A stretch of 64,000 nt of DNA, from contig CAZJMY010000792.1 in the NCBI GenBank assembly GCA_964546845.1, forward strand, positions 83,092 through 147,091. Reading direction: 5' to 3'. Every line of letters starts with the position of its first letter. Position 1 is the first letter of the stretch. Positions 26,315-35,473 of the stretch are shown in pieces. The DNA comes from an uncultured Myxococcales bacterium (lineage in GTDB: Bacteria > Myxococcota_A > Polyangia > Fen-1088). Below the pieces are notes generated by a model. The model was not told where the DNA came from and made no database searches. It saw nothing but the letters and a program-made list of their open reading frames with translations. The position numbers and the translations under genes were made by a program.

Positions 26315-27763
26315 CTATTCCTTGGATGCTCGGCTGCGAACGAGATCTGCAATCGCTGCCGACACATCGCGGCCCTCGTCCATCTTCAAGGTCCCGCGGA
26401 TCACAAGCTGATTCGTCGCGTGGATCGCCTTTGCCAGAAGGTACCGTGCCCGGGACCCAAGCGCGGCGGTCTTCCCCCGTTGCTGGGGTGACCTGCTGTG
26501 TCGGTCGCCGTGCGCGACAGTACTCCTGTGCCCATAGAGTTCCCCAAGGTCTTTGAAGACCTCTCCTTCTGCTGCGAGTAACGCCTGTCCATGCAGACGA
26601 AACCGGTAGGTGATCTCGCCACCTGCATGCGGCACCACTAAACGTTCGAGACCAATCACGGCGTCCAAGAGCGCGTCCCGGGGCGTGGGCGCGACACTCG
26701 ATCGTCCGAACGACCACATCGCGGATGCAACGTCGTCCGATGCTGAGGTGGCATCCAGGTCAGCCAGCAGCTCGCGCACGCGTGCGTGGACCCTCGGATC
26801 AACGTGGATGACTTGCCAACCTTTGGTTTCAAGCCAACCGATCGGCCGGGTCGCTCTATCCTCGGTGGCTCCGAAGTTTGGAGACCCTCGATGGAGGACA
26901 TCGCGGGCGTGGCCACTTGCCGAGCTCACGATCGTCGCAAGTTCGTGAACCGGGATGTCGCGATTCGTCGCGACGAGAATCGCCCACTTGACCTTGTCGA
27001 TCGAGCTCGCCACCTCGGCGACCGGGTCCGTTTCGCAGGGAACCCGAAGCTGAATCCGAAGAAGACGGCTCAGCCTGACCCCATCGTCATCCCGATAGTG
27101 GTGACCGTACTGGTTAAGGAAGACCTGTTGTTCGGGCGTCCACGACCACTCGACGAGACTGATTCCGGGCGCCAGTTCGACTTCCGTCCCGGGATCGGGA
27201 GCGGACATCATGTCCCCGATGTGCACCGCGACGAGCGGACAGAAGGCGGTGACGATCAGCTCGCCGCCCGTCAACAATCCAACCACCTCGTCGGCAGCGT
27301 CATCGAGGGCCGCACTCGCCACGCTCCACGTCACATGGTTGCGGCCAAGGGTCAGGTCTTCGATGGCGGACCGCAGCGCGATGTGACTCAGCGGAGACAA
27401 GACCAGATGACGCCATGTGAATGAAGTCCACGAGTCCTTGGAGGGTTCTGAGTCATCGTCGGTGCGGAGCTCGAGTTTCTGCGCGTTTCGCGCCCACAGG
27501 TACTCGGTAAGTGCCGAGCCGGCCGGGGAGCGTTCGAGCCGATCAGTTAGGAGCCTGCGGAATTCGAGATAGTCCGGAATTTCAAGCTGGGTTTCGTGCG
27601 GGACTCCATCGGGCGCTATGACGCCGCCGCGACGACGTCGTGTCTTCATGCCGTGGCCAGACAGGGCCCGTGCCGCGGACTTCAGCGCCTCTCGCACAAG
27701 GGGCCGAAGCACCGTCGGTTCGAGGTCAAGCGGCTGCCCCTCGGGAAGAATGCGCGTAATCAC
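26315..27763 (-). CDS. ApeA-like protein with C-terminal HEPN domain (Rx4H), about 482 aa
   Basis: The C-terminus reads 'DALLDAVIGLERLVV...YRFRLHGQALL...DLGELYGHRSTVAHGD', containing RSTVAH = R-x4-H in the usual 'LY..RS..VHG' context. The start is ambiguous: GTG 27763 (13 nt after the upstream stop), ATG 27649, or the track's 27895, which would overlap the upstream gene by 119 nt. Confidence 0.65.
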   Translation of the reverse strand: MITRILPEGQPLDLEPTVLRPLVREALKSAARALSGHGMKTRRRRGGVIAPDGVPHETQLEIPDYLEFRRLLTDRLERSPAGSALTEYLWARNAQKLELRTDDDSEPSKDSWTSFTWRHLVLSPLSHIALRSAIEDLTLGRNHVTWSVASAALDDAADEVVGLLTGGELIVTAFCPLVAVHIGDMMSAPDPGTEVELAPGISLVEWSWTPEQQVFLNQYGHHYRDDDGVRLSRLLRIQLRVPCETDPVAEVASSIDKVKWAILVATNRDIPVHELATIVSSASGHARDVLHRGSPNFGATEDRATRPIGWLETKGWQVIHVDPRVHARVRELLADLDATSASDDVASAMWSFGRSSVAPTPRDALLDAVIGLERLVVPHAGGEITYRFRLHGQALLAAEGEVFKDLGELYGHRSTVAHGDRHSRSPQQRGKTAALGSRARYLLAKAIHATNQLVIRGTLKMDEGRDVSAAIADLVRSRASKE

Positions 27764-27776
27764 GATCGGTTCCCGA

Positions 27777-29084
27777 TCATTTCCCCGGCGCGTCGCTCGG
27801 ACTGGCCGCCGGAGGCGTTTGGGCTGACTCACCCAGTCGGCGGGGGAGGCGCCCTGTCCAGAGCTGGTCGCGCAGCCCAAGGTTCCACGCCGCAAGAACT
27901 GAAGAGCGCAGATCAGCGGTCTCCGTGAGCGTCAACTTGCCGCCGAGGAGCTTCGCGACTCTCGCCTGCAGCTTCTCCCTGGCAAAGAGCAACACGACGT
28001 CTCGAACCCGGAACCAGTCGCCACCCAGCTGAGGAACAGGGCGCTCCGCCAGCAGCTCCACGCGAAGCGACCGGTAACCATACGGTGATGTCACGTCCTC
28101 CATGACCTCGCCCAAGAATCCGCGAGCCAACACAAAATCACCAACTGCTACCTTCTTTCCCTGATTCAGCAGCTCGACATAGCGTGAGGCTTCCGTGTTC
28201 GCGTCTAGCACTCGCGCGACTTGCTCGACGGCTACTCCGTGTGGGCGTCCCAGAAGCGTCCAGCAGCGCCGTACCACACACAAGCCAAGCATGCCGATCT
28301 TCGTCGCCTCAGCAATCTCGGAGCGAGCCTCTCCAGTCGATGCGGCTGCGTCCGCGCCCGCGGTGTAGTGGATGGATGCGCTTGGGAGACCGAAGGCCTC
28401 CTCGTAGGTCGTCCCCATCGCAAGCCGCTCGAAATCGGCCATCAACGGCAGGGCGCGCTTGAGCCGTTGACGCGCGCTCGAGCGAAGGCGCTTCCACTTG
28501 CTCGGATCAATAGGTGGCGTGTACGTCGCGTACCACGCCAATCCAGGATCGATCTTCGGTTCGAGTGCACGAATGGCGACCGTCGCTCGATCAATCGTGG
28601 CATTGACCCAGGCGCTTTCGGCTCCATGAAACTCTCGCAGGTCTGCATTGAATCCGGACGCGCCACATAGCTCGTTGAGCAGTAGAAAGTGCGCGTAGTA
28701 GGCTGGCTCGTCCTTCTGGCCAAAAAGCACGAGCTCTGTCAGGAGCTCGCAGAGTCGTCGTGCACGAAGACGCTCCTCCTCGAGCACGATGCCGATCGCC
28801 GTTCGCTCCGTGGAGTCTGCTGGCGTGCCCGCCTTGATGGGTTCATCTCCGAGGAACTCATGAAGACGCATCAAGACCATCGCCGTCTTCTCGACTTCAT
28901 CGAGCGCCGTCCAAAAGACGAAGTCGCGAGGGGCGCCGTGGAACGTGTATCGTCGGAAAGCCTCCTCGTCGATGCTCAGCACCTCGCGGAGCGTCCGCGA
29001 GGCGGGTATCAGAAGCTTTGGGTACCAATCCAAGTGCGGATCCCTGGCGTTGTCGGTGGGTGGCGAAGTATCCGATTCAGTCAT
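27777..29084 (-). CDS. Hypothetical protein (435 aa)
   Basis: The ATG at 29084 overlaps the upstream stop by 8 nt. The protein looks mostly helical and has no recognised motif. Confidence 0.6.
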   Translation of the reverse strand: MTESDTSPPTDNARDPHLDWYPKLLIPASRTLREVLSIDEEAFRRYTFHGAPRDFVFWTALDEVEKTAMVLMRLHEFLGDEPIKAGTPADSTERTAIGIVLEEERLRARRLCELLTELVLFGQKDEPAYYAHFLLLNELCGASGFNADLREFHGAESAWVNATIDRATVAIRALEPKIDPGLAWYATYTPPIDPSKWKRLRSSARQRLKRALPLMADFERLAMGTTYEEAFGLPSASIHYTAGADAAASTGEARSEIAEATKIGMLGLCVVRRCWTLLGRPHGVAVEQVARVLDANTEASRYVELLNQGKKVAVGDFVLARGFLGEVMEDVTSPYGYRSLRVELLAERPVPQLGGDWFRVRDVVLLFAREKLQARVAKLLGGKLTLTETADLRSSVLAAWNLGLRDQLWTGRLPRRLGESAQTPPAASPSDAPGK

Positions 29085-30654
29085 CGTTATTCTCGGTCGA
29101 CTCGTGTGGGCTCGTCGGTGCAGGTGCCGTCATGGCTGGAACGAACTGCTGGAGGGCAGTGACAGGCGCGGGATAGCCTCGCGTCTCTGCCCCGATGGCC
29201 CGACAGGATTCGTATAGTTCGGCGGCGACATTGACGATGTCTACGTAGAACGGCGGCTCGACAAGGCTAGGCAGCCGGTGGAGGCGGTGTAGCGGTTCGC
29301 CGCAGTAGACGAGGTTGGAGCGCTTGAGGCTCATCCACATTCCATGGACGTCGCCGCTCGCAGGTGAAAAGACGAGTCGGTAGAGTTTCTCCACGCCTGC
29401 CTCGTAGGCCAACCGCCGAGTGTCCTTTTTGGTCCAATGCCCAAGCTCAATGTCCAAGAGCTCCGCCGGAAAGTCGCCCAGCTCGTCGGAGAGATCCTTT
29501 GATGTTAGTCCTTCGAGTGAGCGACTTTCTGGATGGTTGTCTTGGAGGTGAAGCATGAGGAGCTTCTCCTGCCCCTCACCATGCTCCTTGAATGCGGCGA
29601 ACTCGCCGGACGTTCCTCGGCGAGCCAAATAGGCGAAGCTGATTGCCGTGTCTGCCATGCAGCGGAGGAAGATGCCGCCGACGTCCCTGGCCCACAGGTT
29701 CGGATCTTCGAAGAGTAGGCAGAGCAACCTGGTCAATCGTCCGAAGAGGCCGAAGAGGACCTCGTCTTGAAGGGGATCGTAGAGGTCGGGCACAAGCTTG
29801 CGAGATAGTTCCTTCATGTAGTGCCGGGCGGCACCGGCATTGTCCCGGAGAACGTCCTGAAGATGGACAGCCTCCTCGTCCGACACGGATGCCGCACCCG
29901 CCCGCGGGTGGAGAGCGGTACAGACGGCTAAATCGTGATTGTGTCGCCAGAAGTGCTTGGGCCACGTCTTGTCGGCCAGGTCAGGGCGGATCTTCGGGTT
30001 GGACACGGACATGTTCACGAGCTGACGAGCAAGCGACTCGACTTGGCACTGCTCGTCTCGAGTGCAATCAATCGGGTACTTCGGAATCAGCTTCACGCCT
30101 TCGATCGTCGATAGGAACTGGACCTTGTTGTGTTGCAAGAACCGCATCAACGGCAGCGCTCGAACCCGGCCGGCGAACTCGTCTTTCCCCGGGAATAGCT
30201 TCACGAAGAGTTGTCGGAGCCGACCGAGTTCGAACACTGGATCGAGCGGTCCCCCGGCAGCGATCGATGCTGGCTGTAGCAGCCACTTCGCCGGGCACTC
30301 GGGATAGAAGGCAAGTAGTCGTCCGACAGGGCGAACGAACGCCGCTTCGACCAGGTCGGCGTGCTCTTCGAGGAACTCGGCTCGGCGCTCCCCAGGAACA
30401 TGGTCGAAATCCGAGATCAGGCCGATCAATAAATGGGGACCCCTGTAGAAGGCGTCGAGTGCGTCCAGGAACTCACGGTACGGAACGTGGCAGCGATCGA
30501 GACCGAACTCGAGCGCAAGAGATCCGATCCAGAGATGTTCGGGAAGTAGGTCGCGAACCCAGTCGAACGGCGCGAAGTTCAGCTCGGCCATCGGGCCCTT
30601 GAGCTTGGAGCCAACCTTCTTGTGCTTCGCCAGTGGTGTGTGTCTCTTTGCCAT
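29077..30654 (-). CDS. Hypothetical protein (525 aa), immediately downstream of pnkp
   Basis: Start moved to the ATG at 30654 ('MAKRHTPLAKHKK'), one nucleotide after the pnkp TAG (30656-30658). The upstream part of the track ORF overlaps pnkp. No motif was recognised with confidence. Confidence 0.6.
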   Translation of the reverse strand: MAKRHTPLAKHKKVGSKLKGPMAELNFAPFDWVRDLLPEHLWIGSLALEFGLDRCHVPYREFLDALDAFYRGPHLLIGLISDFDHVPGERRAEFLEEHADLVEAAFVRPVGRLLAFYPECPAKWLLQPASIAAGGPLDPVFELGRLRQLFVKLFPGKDEFAGRVRALPLMRFLQHNKVQFLSTIEGVKLIPKYPIDCTRDEQCQVESLARQLVNMSVSNPKIRPDLADKTWPKHFWRHNHDLAVCTALHPRAGAASVSDEEAVHLQDVLRDNAGAARHYMKELSRKLVPDLYDPLQDEVLFGLFGRLTRLLCLLFEDPNLWARDVGGIFLRCMADTAISFAYLARRGTSGEFAAFKEHGEGQEKLLMLHLQDNHPESRSLEGLTSKDLSDELGDFPAELLDIELGHWTKKDTRRLAYEAGVEKLYRLVFSPASGDVHGMWMSLKRSNLVYCGEPLHRLHRLPSLVEPPFYVDIVNVAAELYESCRAIGAETRGYPAPVTALQQFVPAMTAPAPTSPHESTENNDD

Positions 30655-30655
30655 T

Positions 30656-33250
30656 CTAGAGCCTCGGATCCACAGGTTCACTTTCGAGCGCCAAGACCCC
30701 GAAAACGCATTCGTGTACTCGTCGAAGCGGCTCGCGCCGAACGAAGCGTTCGAGCGCCTCGACGCCCAGAGCGAACTCTCGAAGCGCGAGGCCGCGCTTC
30801 GCGGAGAGACCGCGGGCGCGTAGCCGCTCCAAGTTCTCGGGGGCGAGGTACTCGGGACCATAGATGATGCGCAGGTACTCGGCGCCGCGGCACTTCACGG
30901 CTGGCTGCACCAGACCGCGGGAGCCGGGAGCGATGAACGCGAGGGGCTTTACGACCATGCCCTCGCCGCCGCCACCGGTGAGGCCCTTCCACCAGGCGAT
31001 GGCCTCCGATTCACTGGCCGCGTCCGTGAGGTCGACGGTCCGCCAGGGCGTCGCCCGCAGTAGGCCCTCGTCCGCAGCGCAGAGGTCCGCGATGAGCGCC
31101 ATGTGCCACGCATGATCCCGGTCGACGTGGACACGGCCTTCGGTCGCCATCAGGTGGAAGGGCGCGAGCTTGAGATCGGAGAGAGACGTCACCTCCCAGC
31201 AGTACCGTCGATAGGCCTCGACGTAACGGCGGATAGCGTCGGCGCGCTCGCGTGTCCGTTCGAGTAACCTGCTCACGCCGGCCGCGACGTCGCCGCCTCG
31301 CTCGGCCGCGGTCGCGAGCGCCGACATAGCCGCGGCGAAAGCCGGCGTGGCCGCGGAACCGACGGCCGCGTACTGCGACCGTAAAAGCTCCTGAGCCTTC
31401 ACCGACCACGGCATCAGCTCGCAGTCCAGGCACGCCCAGTCAGTCTCGAGCTTCCGCCACAGGTCTGTTGCGTCGAAGGCGACACGCACGCGGGCCAGCA
31501 ATCCAGACTCCAGGGCGGATTCACTGAAGAACCGTCGGCCGGTCCGCGTAAAGCAGATGCCGGTACCGCCGTCGGCGACACCGAAGCGCTTGCGCGCAGC
31601 CTCTTCGTCCCGGCACACGACGACCACCGCGCGCGAGCCCATGTGCTTCTCCTCGCACACCACCTTGGGCACGCCCTGACCTCGGAAATACGCGAACGCC
31701 TCCGCAGGATGCTCGAGCAGACCGGGCTGGGTCGTGGTTTCGCTCGGCGACATCGTCGGGGGCAGGTAGATGATCCACTTCGGGTCGACGGCGAAGCGGC
31801 TCATCAGCTCTAGGGCGGCCGTGGCGTTCTCCTCGCGTATGGTCACGTTGCCGCCGAGGCGCGTCTTGATGATTCGCTTGCCGCTCACGTCCTCCATGTC
31901 GAGCAGGTCGTCGTGCACCTGCTGTGCTGTGAGCGCCGGGGCCTGGGCCTCGGGTGGCAGGAACGGCTTCGCGGGCTGGTAGTAGGTGGCCGTCGCCGGG
32001 ACGGACACCAGCTCGCGCTCGGGGTAGCGGAGCGCGGTCAGCCGTCCACCGAAGACGCACCCGGTGTCGATGCAAATCGTGCGGTTCAACCACTCGGGCT
32101 CAGGGACCGGTGTGTGGCCGTAGACGACCATGGCGCGGCCTCGGTACTCCTGTGCCCAGGGGTATCGAACGGGCAGTCCGTATTCGTCCGTCTCGCCCGT
32201 GGTGTCGCCGTAAAGCGCGAAGTCGCGCACCTTGCCGGAGCCGCGGCCCTGCATGTTCGCGGGCAGGCCGGCGTGGGCCACGACGAGCTTGCCGTCGTCG
32301 AGCACGTAGTGGCTGACCAGACCGTCGATGAAATCGGCGGCGCGCCCCGCGAAGGCTGGCGGCTCCCGTTCGATCTGGGCCAGCGACTCGGCGAGACCGT
32401 GCGTGACGCGAACGTCCCGGCCGCGGAGTTTTCGCATCAGCTTCACGTCGTGGTTTCCGGGCACGCAGTACGCCGTCCCGTCGGCCACCATCCCCATGAC
32501 GAGGCGGATGACGTCCGGTGTCTTCGGTCCCCGATCCACGAGATCGCCGAGGAACACGGCCTTGCGGCCAGCCGGATGGCGCGCACGCCAGCCAGAGCCG
32601 CCGTCAGGCGCCGGCTCGGTCGCGGGCTCGACGACGTAGCCGAGCTGCCCGAGGAGCGCGCGGAGTTCGTCGAAGCAGCCGTGGACGTCGCCAATCACGT
32701 CGAACGGGCCGTGGTCCTGACGCCGGTCGTTCCAGAGCGGTTGCCGCTCGACAGCGACGGCGTCGATCTCCTCCTGCGACTCCAAAACGAAGACGTGGCG
32801 GAACCCCTCGTCCCTGAGACGCCGCATCGAGCGCCGCATCTGCTGCGTCTGCTGGCGGACGACGTGGGCGCCAAATTGCCGGTCGGGACGGCCGGCGTTC
32901 CGGTCGTGGCAGAGCCGCTCAGGGAGGGCAAGGACGATAGCGACGGGGAGGCAATGAAACTCGCGGGCGAGCGCGACCAGCGGCTTGCGTGCTTCGGGCT
33001 GCACGTTGGTCGCATCGACAACGGTGAGCTTGCCGAGCGCGAGGCGCTTGCGTGCGACGAAGTGCAGCACCTCGAATGCCTCGTTTGTGACCTCGAGGTC
33101 GTTTTCGTCGTCCGAGACGAGGCCGCGGCACCAGTCGGATGACAGGACCTCGGTCGACTTGAAGTGCTTTCGCGCAAATGTCGACTTGCCGGCGCCCGAC
33201 GGACCGACGAGTACAACCAGAGCCAGGTCCGGGATCTTCAGGCTAGCCAC
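30656..33250 (-). CDS. pnkp: Bacterial polynucleotide kinase-phosphatase (5'-kinase + metallophosphoesterase + ligase-like adenylyltransferase)
   Basis: The kinase P-loop is 'VVLVGPSGAGKSTFA'. The phosphatase motifs are 'VIGDVHGCFDEL', 'FLGDLVDRGP' and 'VPGNHD'. The ligase-type lysine motif is 'CEEKHMGSRAVVVV'. The size (864 aa) and the adjacency to hen1 are as in the characterised Pnkp-Hen1 pair. The GTG start overlaps the hen1 stop. Confidence 0.9.
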   Translation of the reverse strand: MASLKIPDLALVVLVGPSGAGKSTFARKHFKSTEVLSSDWCRGLVSDDENDLEVTNEAFEVLHFVARKRLALGKLTVVDATNVQPEARKPLVALAREFHCLPVAIVLALPERLCHDRNAGRPDRQFGAHVVRQQTQQMRRSMRRLRDEGFRHVFVLESQEEIDAVAVERQPLWNDRRQDHGPFDVIGDVHGCFDELRALLGQLGYVVEPATEPAPDGGSGWRARHPAGRKAVFLGDLVDRGPKTPDVIRLVMGMVADGTAYCVPGNHDVKLMRKLRGRDVRVTHGLAESLAQIEREPPAFAGRAADFIDGLVSHYVLDDGKLVVAHAGLPANMQGRGSGKVRDFALYGDTTGETDEYGLPVRYPWAQEYRGRAMVVYGHTPVPEPEWLNRTICIDTGCVFGGRLTALRYPERELVSVPATATYYQPAKPFLPPEAQAPALTAQQVHDDLLDMEDVSGKRIIKTRLGGNVTIREENATAALELMSRFAVDPKWIIYLPPTMSPSETTTQPGLLEHPAEAFAYFRGQGVPKVVCEEKHMGSRAVVVVCRDEEAARKRFGVADGGTGICFTRTGRRFFSESALESGLLARVRVAFDATDLWRKLETDWACLDCELMPWSVKAQELLRSQYAAVGSAATPAFAAAMSALATAAERGGDVAAGVSRLLERTRERADAIRRYVEAYRRYCWEVTSLSDLKLAPFHLMATEGRVHVDRDHAWHMALIADLCAADEGLLRATPWRTVDLTDAASESEAIAWWKGLTGGGGEGMVVKPLAFIAPGSRGLVQPAVKCRGAEYLRIIYGPEYLAPENLERLRARGLSAKRGLALREFALGVEALERFVRREPLRRVHECVFGVLALESEPVDPRL

Positions 33251-34637
33251 GGCGAAACACCCCCATCTGCGTCGGCGAGCCGGTCGTCGGATCGTTCGGG
33301 CCGACCGGCAGGAATCGGACGGCGTAGCCGTAGCGGGCGGCCTGCTCGGCTGCCCATCCCTCGAACTCGGTCCGTGTCCACTCGAACCGGTGGTCGCGGT
33401 GCCGAAAGCGCCCGGGTGGTAGGCCGGGAAAGTGGACGTTGTACTCGACGTTCGGCGTCGTGATCACCACCGACGTCGGCCGGGCGCATTCGAACAGCAC
33501 GCGTTCGAACGCGCGCAACCTGTCTGGATCGAGGTGCTCGACGACCTCGACAACCACCGCGGCGTCGAACCCTGCGAGGCGCTTGTCTCGGTAGGTGAGA
33601 GCGCCGTGAAGTAGGGTGATGCGCTCACGCCGGCGTGCCGGAAGGTCTTCGAGGCGGAGACGCTCCGTCGCCCGCTCGAGCGCGCGATACGAGACATCGA
33701 CGCCGACGATCTTTTCGAACGTCGTGTCGGCGAGCAGCGCGCGCAGGAACCGTCCCTCTCCGCAGCCCAGATCGAGGACGGACCGCGCCCCCTCCGCCTT
33801 CAGGACGGCGAGTACGGCACCGACGCGTTCGTCGGCGAGGCTGATCCGCCGCTCGACGTCGGCCTCTTCATCGGCGTGCGCGGCCTCGGCGAGGTCGGGA
33901 TCGACGCCTTCGTCCTGCACCAGCCGGGCAAGCGCCTGCCGCGTGAGGCTCTTGAAGTGCTTTAGGTAGCGACCGGCGATGAGGTCCTTCTCGGGATGAC
34001 CCGCCAACCAGCCGTCACCATGACGCAACAGCTTCTCGAGCTCGTCCTGTCCGACGAAGTAGTGCTTGTCGTCGTCGAGAACCGGGATGAGAACGTACAG
34101 GTGGGTCAGCAGCTCCGCGAGCGTCCGCTCGGATCGTAGCTCCACGGTGAAGTAGGCGCCCTCGCCCCATGATGCGAACGCGGTGTCAAGCGGGTGGTGC
34201 TCGGCGTGAACCTCGTAACCGAGTGGCTCGAACAGGCGGCGCAGCAGCCCCTCGCCCCCGCGGCAGGGAAGAACAGCAAGGCGGGCGAGGAGCGGTAGGG
34301 CCCGCTCAACGAGGTCCGGCTTGTCCTGGCATCGACCGGCAAGGGCGGTTCCGAAAACACGCGCGATCGCCACGCTCATGAACGAGGACGCGACGTACGG
34401 GCGGTCGTTCACATATGCATCGAGCGTTCCCTCGCCATCTCCGCGCCCACGTACGAGACCCACCGGATCAACCTCCAGCAAGAGCGCCGCCGTGCACCGT
34501 TCGGCCGACGCCTCCGGATAGAAGACGTGCGCCTTGCCGAACGACAGCTCGACCTGCTGCACACGTCCGGGATGCTTGTGCAGCAGGAATCCCAGGTCGG
34601 TGGCAGGCTGTGCAGTTGTTGAGATGGTGAGAAGCAT
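33243..34637 (-). CDS. hen1: Bacterial Hen1 RNA 3'-terminal ribose 2'-O-methyltransferase
   Basis: Start moved to the ATG at 34637 ('MLLTISTTAQPATDLGFLLHKHPGRVQ', the typical bacterial Hen1 N-terminus), with a GAGGA SD overlapping the upstream stop. The SAM motif is 'VLDLGCGEGRFL'. The C-terminus reads 'TTPNVEYN...FRHRDHRFEWTRTEF'. The 116 upstream codons in the track are Arg/Ser-rich and were rejected. Confidence 0.9.
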   Translation of the reverse strand: MLLTISTTAQPATDLGFLLHKHPGRVQQVELSFGKAHVFYPEASAERCTAALLLEVDPVGLVRGRGDGEGTLDAYVNDRPYVASSFMSVAIARVFGTALAGRCQDKPDLVERALPLLARLAVLPCRGGEGLLRRLFEPLGYEVHAEHHPLDTAFASWGEGAYFTVELRSERTLAELLTHLYVLIPVLDDDKHYFVGQDELEKLLRHGDGWLAGHPEKDLIAGRYLKHFKSLTRQALARLVQDEGVDPDLAEAAHADEEADVERRISLADERVGAVLAVLKAEGARSVLDLGCGEGRFLRALLADTTFEKIVGVDVSYRALERATERLRLEDLPARRRERITLLHGALTYRDKRLAGFDAAVVVEVVEHLDPDRLRAFERVLFECARPTSVVITTPNVEYNVHFPGLPPGRFRHRDHRFEWTRTEFEGWAAEQAARYGYAVRFLPVGPNDPTTGSPTQMGVFRRG

Positions 34638-34644
34638 TTGATCC

Positions 34645-35187
34645 TCAGCGTCCGGTAACGAACTCGTAGATGACGCCTTCTTCGAGGTGCGCGAGCGTCG
34701 GCGGCTCGAGGGAAGCGAGCGACATTCGCTCGCGCCGGGGTTCCTCGAGGTCCTTCGTGGACAAGAATCGGCCGTCGTGGCGGTAGAAGACGCCGATCGA
34801 GCGGACGCGCCCGCGTGCGGGAGCGCCCTTGAAGAAGGCGACCCAGTCCTCGACGCCGGCCAGGGCCGCCGCCTCCTTGCGGTCTTCCTTACGGCGGCGC
34901 GCCTTCGTGCTCTGCTCGATCGCCCGCGCGATCTTCGCCTCGCTCCACCCGCTCGCGCGGCGGTCGCTGGCGATCCGGTCCGCATGGGCTCGAGGGTCGC
35001 GATGGGACGGGCCAGTGCCGATCGCAGCTCCGCAGTCGCACATCCCGGTCGTGCCGAGCACGACGATGTCGCGCGCCGGGCCCGGGCCCGCGAGGCGCTG
35101 CCGGTGCACGCCGCAATGGCGCGACCATTCCTCGAGCGCGTCCACGTCTGCGGTACGCGCCACGAACACCGAGATCATCGTACACAT
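34645..35187 (-). CDS. Hypothetical protein (180 aa), first gene of the hen1-pnkp operon
   Basis: The ORF ends 7 nt before the hen1 ATG. No recognised motif. It lies about 160 nt downstream of the sigma-54 promoter match. Confidence 0.55.
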   Translation of the reverse strand: MCTMISVFVARTADVDALEEWSRHCGVHRQRLAGPGPARDIVVLGTTGMCDCGAAIGTGPSHRDPRAHADRIASDRRASGWSEAKIARAIEQSTKARRRKEDRKEAAALAGVEDWVAFFKGAPARGRVRSIGVFYRHDGRFLSTKDLEEPRRERMSLASLEPPTLAHLEEGVIYEFVTGR

Positions 35188-35358
35188 CGCCGGCTATCCC
35201 TTCCGCCGCCCTTCGACCCGCCACGTACCGCCGGCGTCCTGGGCACATGAGAGTGAGGTGCTCAGGAACCGGGGGATGACGTCAAGCTGCGTGCGCGTGA
35301 TGACCTGGTGGGCGGGCGACATCGTGGTGGTCGCGTCGTTGGTCATGGGCGGCTGAGG

Positions 35359-35374
35359 TGCAGCCGACGTGCCA
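35359..35374 (-). promoter_or_regulatory. Sigma-54 (-24/-12) promoter match TGGCACG-TCGG-CTGCA reading toward the hen1-pnkp operon
   Basis: The minus strand reads TGGCACGTCGGCTGCA against the consensus TGGCACG-N4-TTGCW. The GG-N10-GC spacing is correct and there is one mismatch (T to C). It lies in the divergent intergenic region next to the sigma-54 activator gene rtcR. Confidence 0.7.
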
Positions 35375-35436
35375 TGGGCATCCCGGTCACTCCGAACCCG
35401 GAACCAGCGGGGCGTCGCGAGGGAGTGCGGCGCGGG

Positions 35437-35454
35437 TTTATCCAAATGGATAAA
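35437..35454. promoter_or_regulatory. AT-rich perfect inverted repeat TTTATCCA-AA-TGGATAAA just upstream of rtcR
   Basis: An 8-2-8 palindrome in a short AT-rich patch (35437-35473) that stands out from the GC-rich surroundings. It ends 20 nt before the rtcR ATG. A TATACT hexamer lies at 35459-35464. Confidence 0.55.
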
Positions 35455-35473
35455 TTTGTATACTATTAGCTAG

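Noticed and set aside
29643-33142. Plus-strand ORFs 29643-30602 (319 aa) and 31913-33142 (409 aa)
   Set aside because: They are antisense to the 525-aa gene and to pnkp, with no motifs and GC-rich artefact composition.
34638-34985. 116-codon N-terminal extension of hen1 in the track ORF (33243-34985)
   Set aside because: It overlaps the 180-aa upstream gene and is Arg/Ser/Ala-rich. The canonical bacterial Hen1 N-terminus 'MLLTIST' with an SD begins at 34637.
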